DNA of 64,000 bases. It comes from Candidatus Woesearchaeota archaeon (lineage in GTDB: Archaea > Nanobdellota > Nanobdellia > Woesearchaeales > UBA10216). Below are positions 63,946 through 64,000 of the stretch, one piece after another (the first letter of the stretch is position 1; every line of letters begins with the position of its first letter). The notes below the pieces were generated by a model. The model saw only the letters and a list, made by a program, of their open reading frames with translations. It did not search any database and was not told where the DNA came from. The stretch covers positions 173,734 through 237,733 of the forward strand of contig JACPTG010000004.1 in NCBI GenBank assembly GCA_016192905.1, in the 5' to 3' direction. Both the position numbers and the translations under genes were made by a program.

Positions 63946-64000
63946 AAATTACCCTAATCTTTATATCTCCTTTGTCCACTACCCAGTGCTTCCGAAGCCG

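Noticed and set aside
1-64000. Additional tRNA/rRNA genes and transposases or IS elements
   Set aside because: A manual scan of ORF-free spacers (13436-13686, 17595-17725, 47039-47297, 60029-60126, 61141-61257) found only promoter-like AT-rich sequence and hairpins. No other tRNA cloverleaf, rRNA or transposase-like ORF was found.

Overview
This window reads as an archaeal chromosomal segment. The supporting markers are a split transketolase, NAC alpha, Sec61beta, RadA/RadB, RPA, a type-A RNase P RNA, an A1AO ATP synthase operon, and BRE/TATA promoters with Shine-Dalgarno sites. It is GC-rich by eye except for the last ~3 kb.

Content in order:
1. Positions 1-13435, minus strand: a long colinear aromatic amino-acid gene block. 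The order is DAHP synthase, aroB, chorismate mutase, an aroD-aroE fusion, aroA, a P-loop aroK, aroC, tyrA, pheA, and the transketolase N- and C-terminal subunits. After a hairpin and an internal promoter come three tandem small paralogous ORFs, a small wHTH ORF, then trpE and trpG (truncated at the window edge).
2. ald, an uncharacterised small protein, a presenilin/SPP-like protease, a frameshifted DoxX-like gene, TraB, a PRC-barrel protein, an 799-aa surface protein with a C-terminal lipase domain, and an intron-containing tRNA-Gly(CCC).
3. A suf locus: a Cys-motif HTH regulator, sufB (carrying a 338-aa LAGLIDADG intein), sufD, sufS, sufU, sufC and an FNR-like reductase.
4. An Lrp regulator, NAC, Sec61beta, then the ATPase operon atpH-I-K-E-C-F-A-B-D. 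Subunit B carries a 527-aa LAGLIDADG intein. The RNase P RNA gene sits directly against the atpH start codon.
5. rps2, an AbrB-PhoU protein, radB, RNase HI, a 2H phosphoesterase, hicB next to a decayed hicA, a TRAM protein, radA and rpa.
6. A ~6-kb pair of convergent operons encoding at least 11 proteins whose N-termini look like archaeal class III (type IV pilin-like) signal peptides. These include 40- and 51-aa mini-proteins and Cys-rich ectodomains. Next to them is a membrane protein-kinase-like gene with a repeat-rich divergent promoter.
7. A second AbrB-PhoU protein, a second Lrp regulator, a surface glycoprotein-like protein and a D-2-hydroxyacid dehydrogenase.
8. An AT-rich ~3-kb island at the end of the window: a DUF4258/Zn-ribbon-AbrB toxin-antitoxin pair, HxlR, a Cys-rich peptide, a Cys-pair membrane protein, a Zn-ribbon mini-ORF, a wHTH protein, and three copies of a 40-nt intergenic repeat.

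A second short motif (GCTGACTCTTCGTGAAC) recurs at three convergent intergenic sites. The ORF track uses TTG/GTG starts, so several start coordinates below are re-chosen at internal ATGs where gene spacing supports it.
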